DNA from: a virus
Length of the DNA stretch: 54,983 nt
Virus record (IMG/VR): IMGVR_UViG_3300006948_000003
Coordinates: 1 to 54,983 of that record
Direction: 5' to 3' (one strand)
The translations under genes were made by a program, and so were the position numbers. This document shows positions 16,967 through 26,966 of the stretch, piece after piece (positions within the stretch are counted from its first letter, which is position 1; every line of letters begins with the position of its first letter). The notes under the pieces are model-generated. The model had not been told where the DNA came from, did not search any database, and was given only the letters and a program-made list of their open reading frames with translations.

Positions 16967-17169
16967 GCTGGCCCAAGCTGCTGGAGCAGTGGCTCCTCAT
17001 CGAGGCCGACCTGCACGAGCGGTACGGCATCGACGTTGAGTCCGGCATCCTCCGCGACCGGACCTGGCGCTGGCTCCAGCTCCGCATCCTGGGCCTCCTC
17101 TCCACGGAGAGCAGGCTCCAGCGGCATTTCAACCCTCCCGAGGACCCCGCCAACACCCGACGGAGGTGA
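16433..17169 (+). CDS. Tail assembly chaperone G-T fusion by -1 frameshift (join 16433..16807,16807..17169)
   Basis: The -1 frame is open from 16801 to TGA at 17167-17169 with no start codon. It encodes ...LSWPKLLEQWLLIEADLHERYGIDVESGILRDRTWRWLQLRILGLL... and ends 3 nt before the tape measure gene. Confidence 0.7.
16801..16807 (+). promoter_or_regulatory. -1 programmed frameshift slippery heptamer G_GGA_AAA
   Basis: Zero-frame codons are ccG GGA AAA gcg, fitting the X_XXY_YYZ pattern. Confidence 0.7.
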
Positions 17170-17172
17170 GCC

Positions 17173-20100
17173 ATGGCGCTGACCGTGGGCGAGCTCAACG
17201 GCATCATCAGCATCGACGATCGCCAGGTGGACCCGGCCCTGCGCCGCGCCGAGAATGCCCTGCGGCAGTCCGGGCAGCGCATGGGCGACGATGCCGACCG
17301 CGCTGGGCAGCAGGCCGGGCAGCAGCTCGGCGACGGCATCGTCCGCGGCGCCGACGGCCAACTCCGAGACCTGCGGGGGAACGTCGTCACCGCCGTCCGC
17401 AGCGCTGGGAACGCTGCCACTCCGGCCGCCCGTCGTGCTGGTGAAGACGCCGGCGACGCTCTCGGTGACGGGCTCGCCGACGGGGCCGGAGACGGCGCCG
17501 ATGCCGCGGTTGGCGAGGTGACCTCCAACCTGGACAAGCTGAAGACCGTCGGGGCCGGCATCGCCGCGACGGCCGGCGCCGCGATCGGCGCGGCGCTGGT
17601 GGGCGCCATCAGTGACTACATGGAGCAGGGGCAGATCGTCGGGCGCCTCGCCGCGTCGCTGGGGCAGACCCCTGCGGAAGCCCAGCGGTACGGGAAGCTC
17701 GCGGGCAAGCTGTACGCCGACGCGATCACGGAGGATTTCCAGAGCGCGGCCGACACCATCGGGGCGGTGATGGGTTCCGGCCTGATCCCGGCCGACGCCA
17801 CGAACAAGCAGATCGAATCCATCAGTACGAAGGTCGCCGACCTGGCGAACACCTTCGACCAGGATCTCCCGGCGGTCACGAACGCGGCCACTCAGCTGAT
17901 CCGTACCGGCCTGGCGAAGAATGCCGACGAGGCTTTCGACCTGATCGCGAAGGGCTTCACGACCAGCGCGAATAAGGCCGACGACTTTTTGGACACGATC
18001 AACGAGTACTCGGTTCAGTTCAAACGGGTCGGCCTCGACGGGAAAACGTCGATCGGCCTCATCAACCAGGCGATCAGCAAGGGTGCCCGCGACTCCGACC
18101 AGGTCGCCGACGCCATCGGCCAGTTCGGCGAACTGGCACTGGCGGGCGGCAAGGGAGTCGAGACCGCTTTCAAGAGCATCGGCCTGAATGCGGACACGAT
18201 CCGCAAGAAGCTCCAAAAGGGCGGGAAGTCTGGTCAGGAAGCGCTCCAGCTGACCACGGACGCTCTGCGCGACCAGACGGACAAGCAGACCCGGCTGAAC
18301 GCCGCCACGGCCCTCTTCGGGGACCCGGGCACCGTCATGGGCGACGCTCTTTTCGCCCTCGACCCCGCAGGCGCGGCGGCACAGGCCGGGATGGACAAGG
18401 CGTCTGGTGCCGCCGGGCGGATGGGCGACGCTCTGCGCGACAACGCGGGCACCAAGGTCGAGCAGTTCAAACGCGGGCTCCAGCAGGGGCTCGTCAACTT
18501 CCTTGGTTACACCGTCCTGCCGAAGCTGACCGAGGTGAAGGTCGCGGCCGGACACCTGTGGGATGACGCGGGGAAGGGCGGCAAGGAGGGCGCGGACCGG
18601 GTCATCTCGTTCTTCGGGATTGTCGGCCAGCGGCTCGTGACGAAGGCTCGGGAACTCGCGCCAAAGTTCATCGCTGGCTTGCAGCAGGCCGGGCAGGACG
18701 CCGCGAACTACATCCTGGCGAACCCCGAGTCTGCGCTGAAGATCGGCCTCATCGCCGCCGCGATCGCTGGCGCCATCCTGCTCATCCCGGTCCTGATCGC
18801 TGGCGCTCTCGCCTCCTCCGCCACGCTGATCATGGTCGGGTTCACCCGCAAGATGATCTCGGCGTTGAACGAAAACCTGCCCAAGTGGCTGGCCGCGTTC
18901 GGTAATTGGCTCAATGCGCAGACCGCGAAGATCCCCGGCATGTTCAACGGGCTCGGTGTCGCGATCGGCGGCTGGTTCGCTGGCCTGTGGTCGAGGTACA
19001 TCGCGGGTCCGGTGAGCCGCCAGTGGAACCTCTTCCTCGGGACCGTGCGTGCCCTGCCGGGCAAGGCGGTGGGCGCGCTGGCCGCGCTCGCGCCGAGCCT
19101 GACCGGGGTGTCCAACCGTGCCTGGCAGCAGTTCGCGTCCGCTGCCGCTTCGAAGGCGACGTCGTTCATCGGCTGGGTGCGCGGTCTGCCCGGCCGGATC
19201 TCGTCCGGTGTCGGCTCCCTGGGCAGCCTGCTGTACGGCAAGGGCCAGAACGTCGTGCAGGGCCTGTGGAACGGCATCTCCAGCATGTCCGGGTGGATCC
19301 GCGGACAGTTGATGTCGTGGGCCCGCTCGGCGATCCCCGGCCCGATCGCGAAGGCCCTGGGCATCGCGTCGCCGTCGAAGGTGACGAAGGCTCAAGGCAG
19401 GTGGATCGCCCGCGGCCTGGTCGCCGGTCTGACCGGCAACACCAAGCAGGTCAAGTCCGCGGCAACCAAGCTCGCAGACATCGTCCGCGACTCCCTCAGC
19501 CCCGGAAAGCGTCGCTCCAAGGCGCTGAAGCTCATCAGTACGCAGTCCGGCGCGCTCGCCAAGCTCGCCACCCGTGAGGCTGCTCTGGCGACCCGGATGA
19601 AGGCGGCACAGAAGAAGGTCTCCGACCTGGTCAAGGCCCGCGACAAGCTCGCCGCGGACGTCAAGGCCGGAGTCCTGTCCGGGGCGGACATCACCAAGCA
19701 GGAGACCGGCGGCTGGCCGCAGACCGCCGAGAGCATCCTCGCCGGGCTGAAGGCCGACACCCAGGCTGCGCAGGTCTTCGCGAAGAACCTCGCGCTGCTG
19801 CGGAAGAAGGGCGTTCGCTCGGACCTCATCGCGCAGATCGCCCAAGCCGGAGTGGACCAGGGCTCGTCGGCGGCGGCCGCACTGGCGACCGCCAACAGCG
19901 GGCAGATCAAGCAGATCAACGCCCAGCAGAAGGCCCTGGTGACCGCAGCCGGGCAAGCCGGGACCACGGCGGGCAACGCGATGTACGGGGCCGGGATTCA
20001 GGCAGCGCAGGGCATCGTCAAGGGGCTCCAGTCCCAGCAGAAGGCCATCGACAAGGCCATGTTGAGGATCGCCAAGGGCATGTCGAAGGCGATCCGGGCC

Positions 20101-20418
20101 GCGCTCGGCATCAAGTCCCCGTCCAGAGTGATGGCGTTGGTGGGCCAGTACACGGCGCAGGGCCTCATCAAGGGCGTCGAGGGCCAGCGGTCCGCGGTCA
20201 ACAAGTCCATGGCCTCCCTGGTGGAGACGCCGGCGGCCGGGTCGTGGGACATGGCGTCCTCGCGGGCCCGTGCGGCGGCCGCACAGAGAGTCGTCGTCGA
20301 GTTCCGTTCCCCGGCCCGCGGCGAGGACGCCTACCTCATGGGCCGCATGCGGCGCGGCGTGCAGCGCGTATCGGGCGGCAATGTCGAGTTTGCCCTCTCG
20401 GGAAGGAGAAACAACTGA
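17173..20418 (+). CDS. Tape measure protein
   Basis: 1081 aa, Ala/Gly-rich with internal hydrophobic segments. Canonical position after the G/G-T genes. Confidence 0.9.
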   Translation: MALTVGELNGIISIDDRQVDPALRRAENALRQSGQRMGDDADRAGQQAGQQLGDGIVRGADGQLRDLRGNVVTAVRSAGNAATPAARRAGEDAGDALGDGLADGAGDGADAAVGEVTSNLDKLKTVGAGIAATAGAAIGAALVGAISDYMEQGQIVGRLAASLGQTPAEAQRYGKLAGKLYADAITEDFQSAADTIGAVMGSGLIPADATNKQIESISTKVADLANTFDQDLPAVTNAATQLIRTGLAKNADEAFDLIAKGFTTSANKADDFLDTINEYSVQFKRVGLDGKTSIGLINQAISKGARDSDQVADAIGQFGELALAGGKGVETAFKSIGLNADTIRKKLQKGGKSGQEALQLTTDALRDQTDKQTRLNAATALFGDPGTVMGDALFALDPAGAAAQAGMDKASGAAGRMGDALRDNAGTKVEQFKRGLQQGLVNFLGYTVLPKLTEVKVAAGHLWDDAGKGGKEGADRVISFFGIVGQRLVTKARELAPKFIAGLQQAGQDAANYILANPESALKIGLIAAAIAGAILLIPVLIAGALASSATLIMVGFTRKMISALNENLPKWLAAFGNWLNAQTAKIPGMFNGLGVAIGGWFAGLWSRYIAGPVSRQWNLFLGTVRALPGKAVGALAALAPSLTGVSNRAWQQFASAAASKATSFIGWVRGLPGRISSGVGSLGSLLYGKGQNVVQGLWNGISSMSGWIRGQLMSWARSAIPGPIAKALGIASPSKVTKAQGRWIARGLVAGLTGNTKQVKSAATKLADIVRDSLSPGKRRSKALKLISTQSGALAKLATREAALATRMKAAQKKVSDLVKARDKLAADVKAGVLSGADITKQETGGWPQTAESILAGLKADTQAAQVFAKNLALLRKKGVRSDLIAQIAQAGVDQGSSAAAALATANSGQIKQINAQQKALVTAAGQAGTTAGNAMYGAGIQAAQGIVKGLQSQQKAIDKAMLRIAKGMSKAIRAALGIKSPSRVMALVGQYTAQGLIKGVEGQRSAVNKSMASLVETPAAGSWDMASSRARAAAAQRVVVEFRSPARGEDAYLMGRMRRGVQRVSGGNVEFALSGRRNN

Positions 20419-23400
20419 TGGCGTTCCCTCAGGATCCGCTCGGCGTGGTCACCGAGCTTCAGATCGGGACCACGATGACCGACGTCACCCAGCACGTCCT
20501 GAGTCGGAACGTCATCACGCACACCCGGGGCCAGACGGCGGAGGGGCAGGTCGCCGACCCGGCGTCCTGCTCCCTCACCCTGAGGTCCCCGGACGGCCTG
20601 TACAGCCCGCGCAACCCGCGCTCGCCGTATTACCAGCAGATCGGCCGCAACACTCCCGTCCGGGTGTCCGTCCACGCCGGGTCCACGTACCTGGCTGTGG
20701 ACGGCGCCACCAGCGGCGTCTTCACCGTGGACGCTGCACCGCTGGACATCACCGGCGACCTCGACGTCCGCGCCGAGGTGCGCCTCGACGACTGGGCCCT
20801 GACTGCCGAGCTGGCTGGCAAGTGGGACTACCCCAACCAGAAGTCGTGGATGCTGCTCCTGTTCAACAGCAAGCTGTGGCTCTACACCAGCGCGGACGGG
20901 ACCACCGAACTCCTCTCCGGATCGACCACCACCGTGACCGTCCCCGCCTCCGGCCGCCTGGCCGTACGGGCAACCATCGACGTCAACAACGGCGCAGGCG
21001 GCCGCACGGTCACCTTCTACACCGCCACCTCGATCGGCGGGACCTGGACCCAACTCGGCGACCCGGTCGTCACGGCCGGAACCACGAGCATCTTCGCTGG
21101 CACTGGACAGCAGTACATCGGAGCCGTCAGCACCATCTCCCTTCCGGATCCGATCGGCCGCTTCTACGCGGTCGAAGTCCGCAACGGGATCAACGGCACC
21201 GTCGTCGCCAACCCCGACTTCACCGCGCAGACAGTCGGCGCACCCAACTTCACGGACGGGGCCGGACGCGCCTGGTTCATGAGGAACGGTGGCACGCTCA
21301 CCAACCGGCAGGTCCGCTTCGTGGGTGAGTTCGGCGACTGGCCGGCGGAGTGGTCCGGCCGCGGCGACCTCATCACCGTGGAAGGCGAAGCCGCCGGCAT
21401 CCTCGAGCGGATGAACCAGGGGACGAAAGTCCTGGCCTCGACGCTGCGTCGGCGTATCCCCTCGTTCAACCCGATCGCCTACTGGCCCATGGAGGAAGGC
21501 TCCGACGCCACCACTATCTACAGCCCCATCGCTGGGGTGCGGCCCTTCAAACCGGTCGCGTTCAGCATGGCTTCGGACGACACGCTGCCGGGCTCGTCGC
21601 CGCTGCCGGCCCTTGAGGTGAACGCCTCATTCGTCGCGCAGGTCCCCACGGCGGCCGCCGGGCCGTGGCAGGTCGAGCTGGTGTACAACCTGGACGCGAT
21701 GCCGGTCGCGACGACCACTCTCTTCGAGATCCGCACCACCGGCACGGCCCGCCGTGTACGGGCGCGCGTGGCCACCAACGCCATCACCATCGACGGCCTC
21801 GACGCCGACGGCAGCACGCTCTTCACCCAGACGACCACCGCTCCCAGCTTCACCGGCTCGTGGAATCGGCTCCAGATCAGAGCCGAAGTCAGCGGCGGCA
21901 ACGTGACGTACTACCTGCTTTGGATCAACATCGGAGCCGGAAGCTTCCAGATCAGTTCGACCACCGCTGCCGTCCCGGGAAACGTCCTCGATGTCCGTTC
22001 GGATTTCGGCACGGGCCTCGACGGGATGCGTCTGGGGCATCTCGCCGTTTTCCCCGGCGCGCCGCTGGCGTTCAATCTGGCGGACCACGGTTTCAACGGG
22101 GAGACGGCCGTCGCCCGCATGACCCGCCTCTGCCAGGAGGAGGGAGTCGTCTTCCGCAGCGTCGGAACGGCGTCGGAGACCATGCCCATGGGTCCCCAGC
22201 GCCCGGACACTCTCCTCGCGCTGTTGCAGGAGTGCGCGGACGCGGACGGCGGGATCTTCGGCGAGGACCGGGACCGGGCCGGCCTGCGCTACCGGGCCCG
22301 CACGACCCTCTACAACCAGGAGCCGGGCCTGACGCTCGTCTACGGGCAGCCGGGTCTCGGTCGGCCGTTGACACCGGTCGATGACACCTCGACCGTCCGC
22401 AACGACATCACTGTCACACGGGAGTCCGGCGGATCGGCGCGCGCCGTCCTGGAGGAGGGACGCCTGTCCGTGCAGGCCCCGCCTGACGGGGTCGGACTGT
22501 ACGACGAGGGCGTCACTCTGAACTTGTACGACGACGACCAGACCGAGCCTTCGGCGTACTGGCGCCTTCACCTGGGGACGTGGGACGAGGCCCGCTATCC
22601 GACCGTTACCGTCCGCCTGCACCGGGCGCCGGAGCTGATCGACGCCGTCCTCGGCATCACCGAGGGCGACGTCATTCGCATCACGGACCTGCCGGATTGG
22701 GTTCCGCCCGGGCCGGTGGATCTGCTGGTGCAGGGCTACACGGAGCGCATCGGCCTGCTCACGTGGGAGGTCGACTTCGTGTGCGTGCCCGCGGGCCCCT
22801 ACTCGGTGGCCGTGCTGGAGGCGCTGTCCCTGGCGTGGGTGGACACCGACGGCAGTGAACTCGCCACGGCGGCCACGGACACCGCGTCCACGCTGGACGT
22901 GACCACCACCGACGGCGCGGTCTGGAACGCGGCCCCGTCCGAGACGCCGTACGACTGGACTGTCGGCGGGGAGGAGGTGCGGGTCACCGCGGGCGGCCGC
23001 CTGATCAACCCGAACCCGTTCTTCGACACCGACACTGCGGGCTGGGCCGTGTCGAACGGCACTATGGCCCGTTCCACGGCAGTCGTACACCCGCAGGGGA
23101 TCGCGTCGCTGCTGGTCACACCGAACGGCTCCTCGGCCGCAGGCAGCGTGGACCAGACGCCCCGCTCCCCAGTTGGAAGCATCGTCCCTGGGGCGTCGTA
23201 CCTCGCCTCGATGTGGGTGTACTCGCCGACCGGCTGGTCAGATCTGCGCCCGTGCATCGACTGGTACGACGCTTCGAACGGGTTTCTTTCCAGCGGCCTC
23301 GGCAGCGCCTTCGTGGTTCCGGCCGGGCAGTGGACGTACCTCCAGCAGACGCTTACCGCGCCGACGAATGCTTCCCGGGGCACGGTCCGGGGCAGGCACG

Positions 23401-24185
23401 GCGGCACGCCTGCGGCCGCGAACTTCTACTACGTGTGGGGTCTTCGGATCACGCAGGTGAAGGCGAGCTGGCTGCACGATGCCTTCGGCCGGACGGCCTC
23501 CAGCAGCTGGGGCACCTCCGACGCAGGACTCAGCTGGTCGACCTTCGGTGGCGCCGCAAGCGATTTCAACGTGGCCAGCGGCTACGGATCGCATGTTCTG
23601 TCGACGGTGGACATCACGCGTCGAACCGGGGTCGCCGCACCGCACGCCGACTTCGATGTGTACTGCGACGTCACCACCAGCGCGTTGGCCACCGGAGATT
23701 CCTTGTACGGCGGTCCAACGGCTCGCATGGTCGACGTGTCGAACATGTACCAGTGCAGGCTGGAGTTCACGACGTCGAACACGGTCAGCGTGTCCATCCG
23801 GCAGATCCTCGCCGGAGTCAACACCCTGATCGGGAGCAGCTACATCGTGCCCGTCACGCACGTCGCCGGGACGTTTATCAGGGTCCGCTTCCAGGGCCAG
23901 GGGACAGCGTTCCGGGCGAAGGCCTGGCCCGCATCCGGGCTGGAGCCGCCCTTCTGGAACATCGAGGGCACCGACGCCTCACTCACGGCCGCCGCGCAGA
24001 TCGGCACCCGCTCTATCCGGGTCACCGGCAACACCAACGCCGCGTCGGTCGAGGTCCGGTACGACAACTTCGACCTGATCAACCCGCAGGTGATGTCCGT
24101 CGACCGGGCCCGCAACGGCGTCGTCAAAGCCCAGACGGTCGGCGAAGACGTGCGGCTCGCCCGACCCGCCATCGTCGCCCTGTAA
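20418..24185 (+). CDS. Giant minor tail protein (1255 aa) with LamG/ConA-like and CBM-like segments
   Basis: ORF track 20244..24185. ATG at 20418 overlaps the tape measure stop (TGATG). Contains NPNPFFDTDTAGWAV...YVWGLRI, a carbohydrate-binding-module-like segment. Confidence 0.8.
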   Translation: MAFPQDPLGVVTELQIGTTMTDVTQHVLSRNVITHTRGQTAEGQVADPASCSLTLRSPDGLYSPRNPRSPYYQQIGRNTPVRVSVHAGSTYLAVDGATSGVFTVDAAPLDITGDLDVRAEVRLDDWALTAELAGKWDYPNQKSWMLLLFNSKLWLYTSADGTTELLSGSTTTVTVPASGRLAVRATIDVNNGAGGRTVTFYTATSIGGTWTQLGDPVVTAGTTSIFAGTGQQYIGAVSTISLPDPIGRFYAVEVRNGINGTVVANPDFTAQTVGAPNFTDGAGRAWFMRNGGTLTNRQVRFVGEFGDWPAEWSGRGDLITVEGEAAGILERMNQGTKVLASTLRRRIPSFNPIAYWPMEEGSDATTIYSPIAGVRPFKPVAFSMASDDTLPGSSPLPALEVNASFVAQVPTAAAGPWQVELVYNLDAMPVATTTLFEIRTTGTARRVRARVATNAITIDGLDADGSTLFTQTTTAPSFTGSWNRLQIRAEVSGGNVTYYLLWINIGAGSFQISSTTAAVPGNVLDVRSDFGTGLDGMRLGHLAVFPGAPLAFNLADHGFNGETAVARMTRLCQEEGVVFRSVGTASETMPMGPQRPDTLLALLQECADADGGIFGEDRDRAGLRYRARTTLYNQEPGLTLVYGQPGLGRPLTPVDDTSTVRNDITVTRESGGSARAVLEEGRLSVQAPPDGVGLYDEGVTLNLYDDDQTEPSAYWRLHLGTWDEARYPTVTVRLHRAPELIDAVLGITEGDVIRITDLPDWVPPGPVDLLVQGYTERIGLLTWEVDFVCVPAGPYSVAVLEALSLAWVDTDGSELATAATDTASTLDVTTTDGAVWNAAPSETPYDWTVGGEEVRVTAGGRLINPNPFFDTDTAGWAVSNGTMARSTAVVHPQGIASLLVTPNGSSAAGSVDQTPRSPVGSIVPGASYLASMWVYSPTGWSDLRPCIDWYDASNGFLSSGLGSAFVVPAGQWTYLQQTLTAPTNASRGTVRGRHGGTPAAANFYYVWGLRITQVKASWLHDAFGRTASSSWGTSDAGLSWSTFGGAASDFNVASGYGSHVLSTVDITRRTGVAAPHADFDVYCDVTTSALATGDSLYGGPTARMVDVSNMYQCRLEFTTSNTVSVSIRQILAGVNTLIGSSYIVPVTHVAGTFIRVRFQGQGTAFRAKAWPASGLEPPFWNIEGTDASLTAAAQIGTRSIRVTGNTNAASVEVRYDNFDLINPQVMSVDRARNGVVKAQTVGEDVRLARPAIVAL

Positions 24186-24196
24186 GGAGAGGCCCT

Positions 24197-24706
24197 GTGC
24201 CTGATGTCGTCCAGCCGGGCACCCGGCTCACGAGCAACCTGCTCACCTACCGCTCGCCGTATGTGGTCGCGCACGCGTCCCTGACGACCAACTCGTCGAC
24301 GATCAACTCGACGACCGAGGTCACCATCCTCACGACCGGATCGGTCACGTTCACCGCGGGCCGCGCCTATCGCTTCGAGTACCACGGCCTGGCCCAGCAC
24401 ACCTCCGTCAACGTCGCGGGCATCCTGTATCTGCGCTTCCACCGCGGGTCCGGAGCACTCATCCGCAATATCCAGAACATCGTGGCAGCCAACGAAGGAA
24501 CCAATAACCGCAACACGTCGATCGACGTGGCGACCCTCGCCACCCCGACGGCCACGGTCACCGACACCGTCTATCTGACGGCCGCCCGGGATACCGGAGT
24601 CGCCACCACCTGGGTGATGGCGGGCACCGCCGGCACGCCCGGCCTGCTCACCGTCCACGACGTCGGCCCTGCCTCCGACTACCCCGGCATCACCACGTTC
24701 TCCTGA
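24197..24706 (+). CDS. Minor tail protein candidate (169 aa)
   Basis: ORF track 23213..24706. GTG at 24197 follows AAGGAGAGG. Thr/Ser/Asn-rich beta-type sequence. Confidence 0.6.
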   Translation: MPDVVQPGTRLTSNLLTYRSPYVVAHASLTTNSSTINSTTEVTILTTGSVTFTAGRAYRFEYHGLAQHTSVNVAGILYLRFHRGSGALIRNIQNIVAANEGTNNRNTSIDVATLATPTATVTDTVYLTAARDTGVATTWVMAGTAGTPGLLTVHDVGPASDYPGITTFS

Positions 24707-24717
24707 GGAGTCGTCAC

Positions 24718-25011
24718 ATGGCCTTCCCCACCGAATTCACCGTGGCGCCCGGTGGCGTTTCTTACGGTGTCGAGATCTACGAGGGCACAGAGGAGACCAT
24801 CGGGTTCGGCATGGCCGTCCTGGAGACGAACCAGCTTCCGCTCACCGACTACCTGGAGCCGGTCTACCAGGGATTCGCGGACAACCTACGGGATACGGTC
24901 CTCGCGCAACTGCCGCCAGGACGCAAGGGGCGTACCTACCGAAGGTTCTTCATCGGCAACCAGACGGTCGTCACCGAGCCGGGCGAGCTGTACCCGTCCA
25001 CGGGAAGCTGA
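24718..25011 (+). CDS. Hypothetical protein
   Basis: ORF track, 97 aa. Confidence 0.65.
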   Translation: MAFPTEFTVAPGGVSYGVEIYEGTEETIGFGMAVLETNQLPLTDYLEPVYQGFADNLRDTVLAQLPPGRKGRTYRRFFIGNQTVVTEPGELYPSTGS

Positions 25012-25082
25012 CCCACACGTCCCGCTCCTCACCGTCGCCCCGTGCCGTCCTGGCCGGGGCCTTTCTCATATCTGGAGGGCTC

Positions 25083-25337
25083 ATGGCTCAGCAACTCACG
25101 CCGTCTGTCGGTCGGATCGTCCACTACGTCAGCTATGGCACGCCTGGCGGCGAGTACACCTCGCAGTGCCGGGCCGCGATCATCACGGCAGTCCACTCCG
25201 GCACCGAGGGGCGAGGGGTGTCGCTCGCCGTGCTGAACCCCGAGGGCATGTTCTTCAACCAGAACTGCTCGCACTATGAGCCGGACGGTGCGGGCACGCC
25301 GCCCGGCGGCTCCTGGCACTGGCCGGAGCGTGTCTGA
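25083..25337 (+). CDS. Hypothetical protein preceding the endolysin
   Basis: ORF track, 84 aa. ATG follows GGAGGGC. Confidence 0.7.
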   Translation: MAQQLTPSVGRIVHYVSYGTPGGEYTSQCRAAIITAVHSGTEGRGVSLAVLNPEGMFFNQNCSHYEPDGAGTPPGGSWHWPERV

Positions 25338-26263
25338 TGGCCATACCTCTGACCGCGACGAAGATGCTCACCGCGCTGAAGGCCGAGGGCCTCACCGTCC
25401 ACGAGCACGCAGACTGGAAGACCCACAACCGCGACGTGGCGACCGGCAAGGCGTTCGGTCAGGTCATCGGGGTGCTCATCCACCACACGGCCGGACAGAA
25501 CGACCGCGAGATCTGCTACAACGGCAGACCCGACCTCCCCGGCCCTCTCTGCCACGCCTGGCTCGGCAAGACCGCCGGACTGTGGGCCATCGGCAACGGC
25601 CGTACCAACCACGCCGGATCGGTCGACCTCGACGTCCTCAACGCCCTCCGCGACGAGAAGTCCCCGCTCCCGCGCGACGATCAGGCCAACGCCGACGGCA
25701 ACGACGTGCTGTACGGCTTGGAGATCGAGAACCGGGGCGACAGCAAGGACCCGTACCCGGACGCGCAGTACCGGCAGGCTGTCCTGTGGGCGGCGGCGAT
25801 CTGCCGGGCGCACGGCTGGTCGGAGAAGTCGGTCGCCGGGCACAAGGAGTGCCAGCCCGGAAAGATCGACCCGAGCTTCGACATGGACGACTTCCGCGCC
25901 GCCGTGAAGAAGCAACTCGCAACCAAGCCCGGCAACACAGCCACCACTCCGACGCCTACGCCGTCGAAGCCCAAGGTGGATCTGTCCCGGCTGGTCTCTG
26001 CGGCCAAGACCGACCCGGGCGCGAAGCAGGGCCACGTCACGTACATGGCCGGCACCAACCTCGCCGAGGCCGCTCTGGTCAAGCTCGGCTTCCTCGCGCG
26101 GACTTATGCCGGGGACGGCAGCTTCGGCACCACGACGGTCGCCGCATACGGGCGCTGGCAGCGGCATCTCGGTTACACCGGCGCCGACGCCAACGGCATC
26201 CCGGGCTCCAAGTCCCTCACTCAACTCGGCAAGACAACCGGGCTGTTCACCGTCGTCGCCTGA
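25337..26263 (+). CDS. Endolysin: N-acetylmuramoyl-L-alanine amidase (Amidase_2/PGRP type) with a C-terminal peptidoglycan-binding repeat
   Basis: Motifs IHHTAG and AGHKECQPGKIDP. C-terminal ALVKLGFL...GSFGTTTVAAYGRWQRHLG. Confidence 0.85.
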   Translation: MAIPLTATKMLTALKAEGLTVHEHADWKTHNRDVATGKAFGQVIGVLIHHTAGQNDREICYNGRPDLPGPLCHAWLGKTAGLWAIGNGRTNHAGSVDLDVLNALRDEKSPLPRDDQANADGNDVLYGLEIENRGDSKDPYPDAQYRQAVLWAAAICRAHGWSEKSVAGHKECQPGKIDPSFDMDDFRAAVKKQLATKPGNTATTPTPTPSKPKVDLSRLVSAAKTDPGAKQGHVTYMAGTNLAEAALVKLGFLARTYAGDGSFGTTTVAAYGRWQRHLGYTGADANGIPGSKSLTQLGKTTGLFTVVA

Positions 26264-26281
26264 CTCGGAAGGAACCGCACT

Positions 26282-26668
26282 ATGAAGATCTTCGGCAGAG
26301 AACCCGTCGCGATCCTCGCGTTCATCGCCGTCGCCCTCAAGCTGTCCACCGCCTACGGCTTCGACGTCTCCGCGAAGGAACAGGCCGCCATCATGGTCAC
26401 CCTGTCCTGCATCGTCGCCGTCGCCGAGGCGTTCATCCTCAAGACCGGCGCAGCGTTCGCCGCGATCGTGAACCTCGGCCACGCCGGACTCGCCCTATTC
26501 CTCGCCTTCGGCCTCCGCATGGACGCCGAGACGCAAGCCCTGTGGATGCTCCTCATCGAGGGCGCAGTCGCCTTCTTCGTCCGCCGCGAGGTGACCGCGC
26601 CCATCACCCAACTGCGGATCGAGCAGACCAGCCCCCTGGACCGCGGCTCGCACGCCCGGGCCGCCTGA
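26282..26668 (+). CDS. Holin candidate (about four TM segments)
   Basis: 128 aa. Hydrophobic helices, immediately downstream of the endolysin. Confidence 0.65.
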   Translation: MKIFGREPVAILAFIAVALKLSTAYGFDVSAKEQAAIMVTLSCIVAVAEAFILKTGAAFAAIVNLGHAGLALFLAFGLRMDAETQALWMLLIEGAVAFFVRREVTAPITQLRIEQTSPLDRGSHARAA

Positions 26669-26699
26669 TCCTGCCCCAAGCACGCGCACGGGAGGTGGT

Positions 26700-26966
26700 A
26701 TGGACGCCGCCATGGTCACAGCCCTCGCTGCACTGATCGGGGCACCAGTGACTGCGGCGGCGGCCATGTACGCCGGGCGCGGCAGCACGAGGGCAGCCCA
26801 GGAGGGCAACGCGGTGACGGGATTCAGCAGCCTGACGAACGAGCTCCAGGAGGAGCGGAAGGAACTGCGCGTCGAGCTGGGCAACGTGCGGACCGAGCTG
26901 AAGGCGAAGGACTTGGAGATCGCCCGGCTCCGTCTGCTGGTGCAGCAGTTGGGCGGCACGCCGTGA
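26700..26966 (+). CDS. Membrane-anchored coiled-coil protein (lysis cassette accessory)
   Basis: 88 aa. N-terminal TM helix, then [40 protein letters not shown]. Confidence 0.65.
   Translation: MDAAMVTALAALIGAPVTAAAAMYAGRGSTRAAQEGNAVTGFSSLTNELQEERKELRVELGNVRTELKAKDLEIARLRLLVQQLGGTP

Noticed and set aside
16678-19956. 1092-aa ORF on the minus strand, the longest ORF in the track for that strand
   Set aside because: It is antisense to the well-supported tape measure gene. It is Arg/Gly/Pro/Leu-rich and low-complexity, as expected for shadow frames in high-GC DNA. The same reasoning applies to 6732..8294, 9455..10909, 44338..46065, 32717..33832 and similar antisense or off-frame ORFs.
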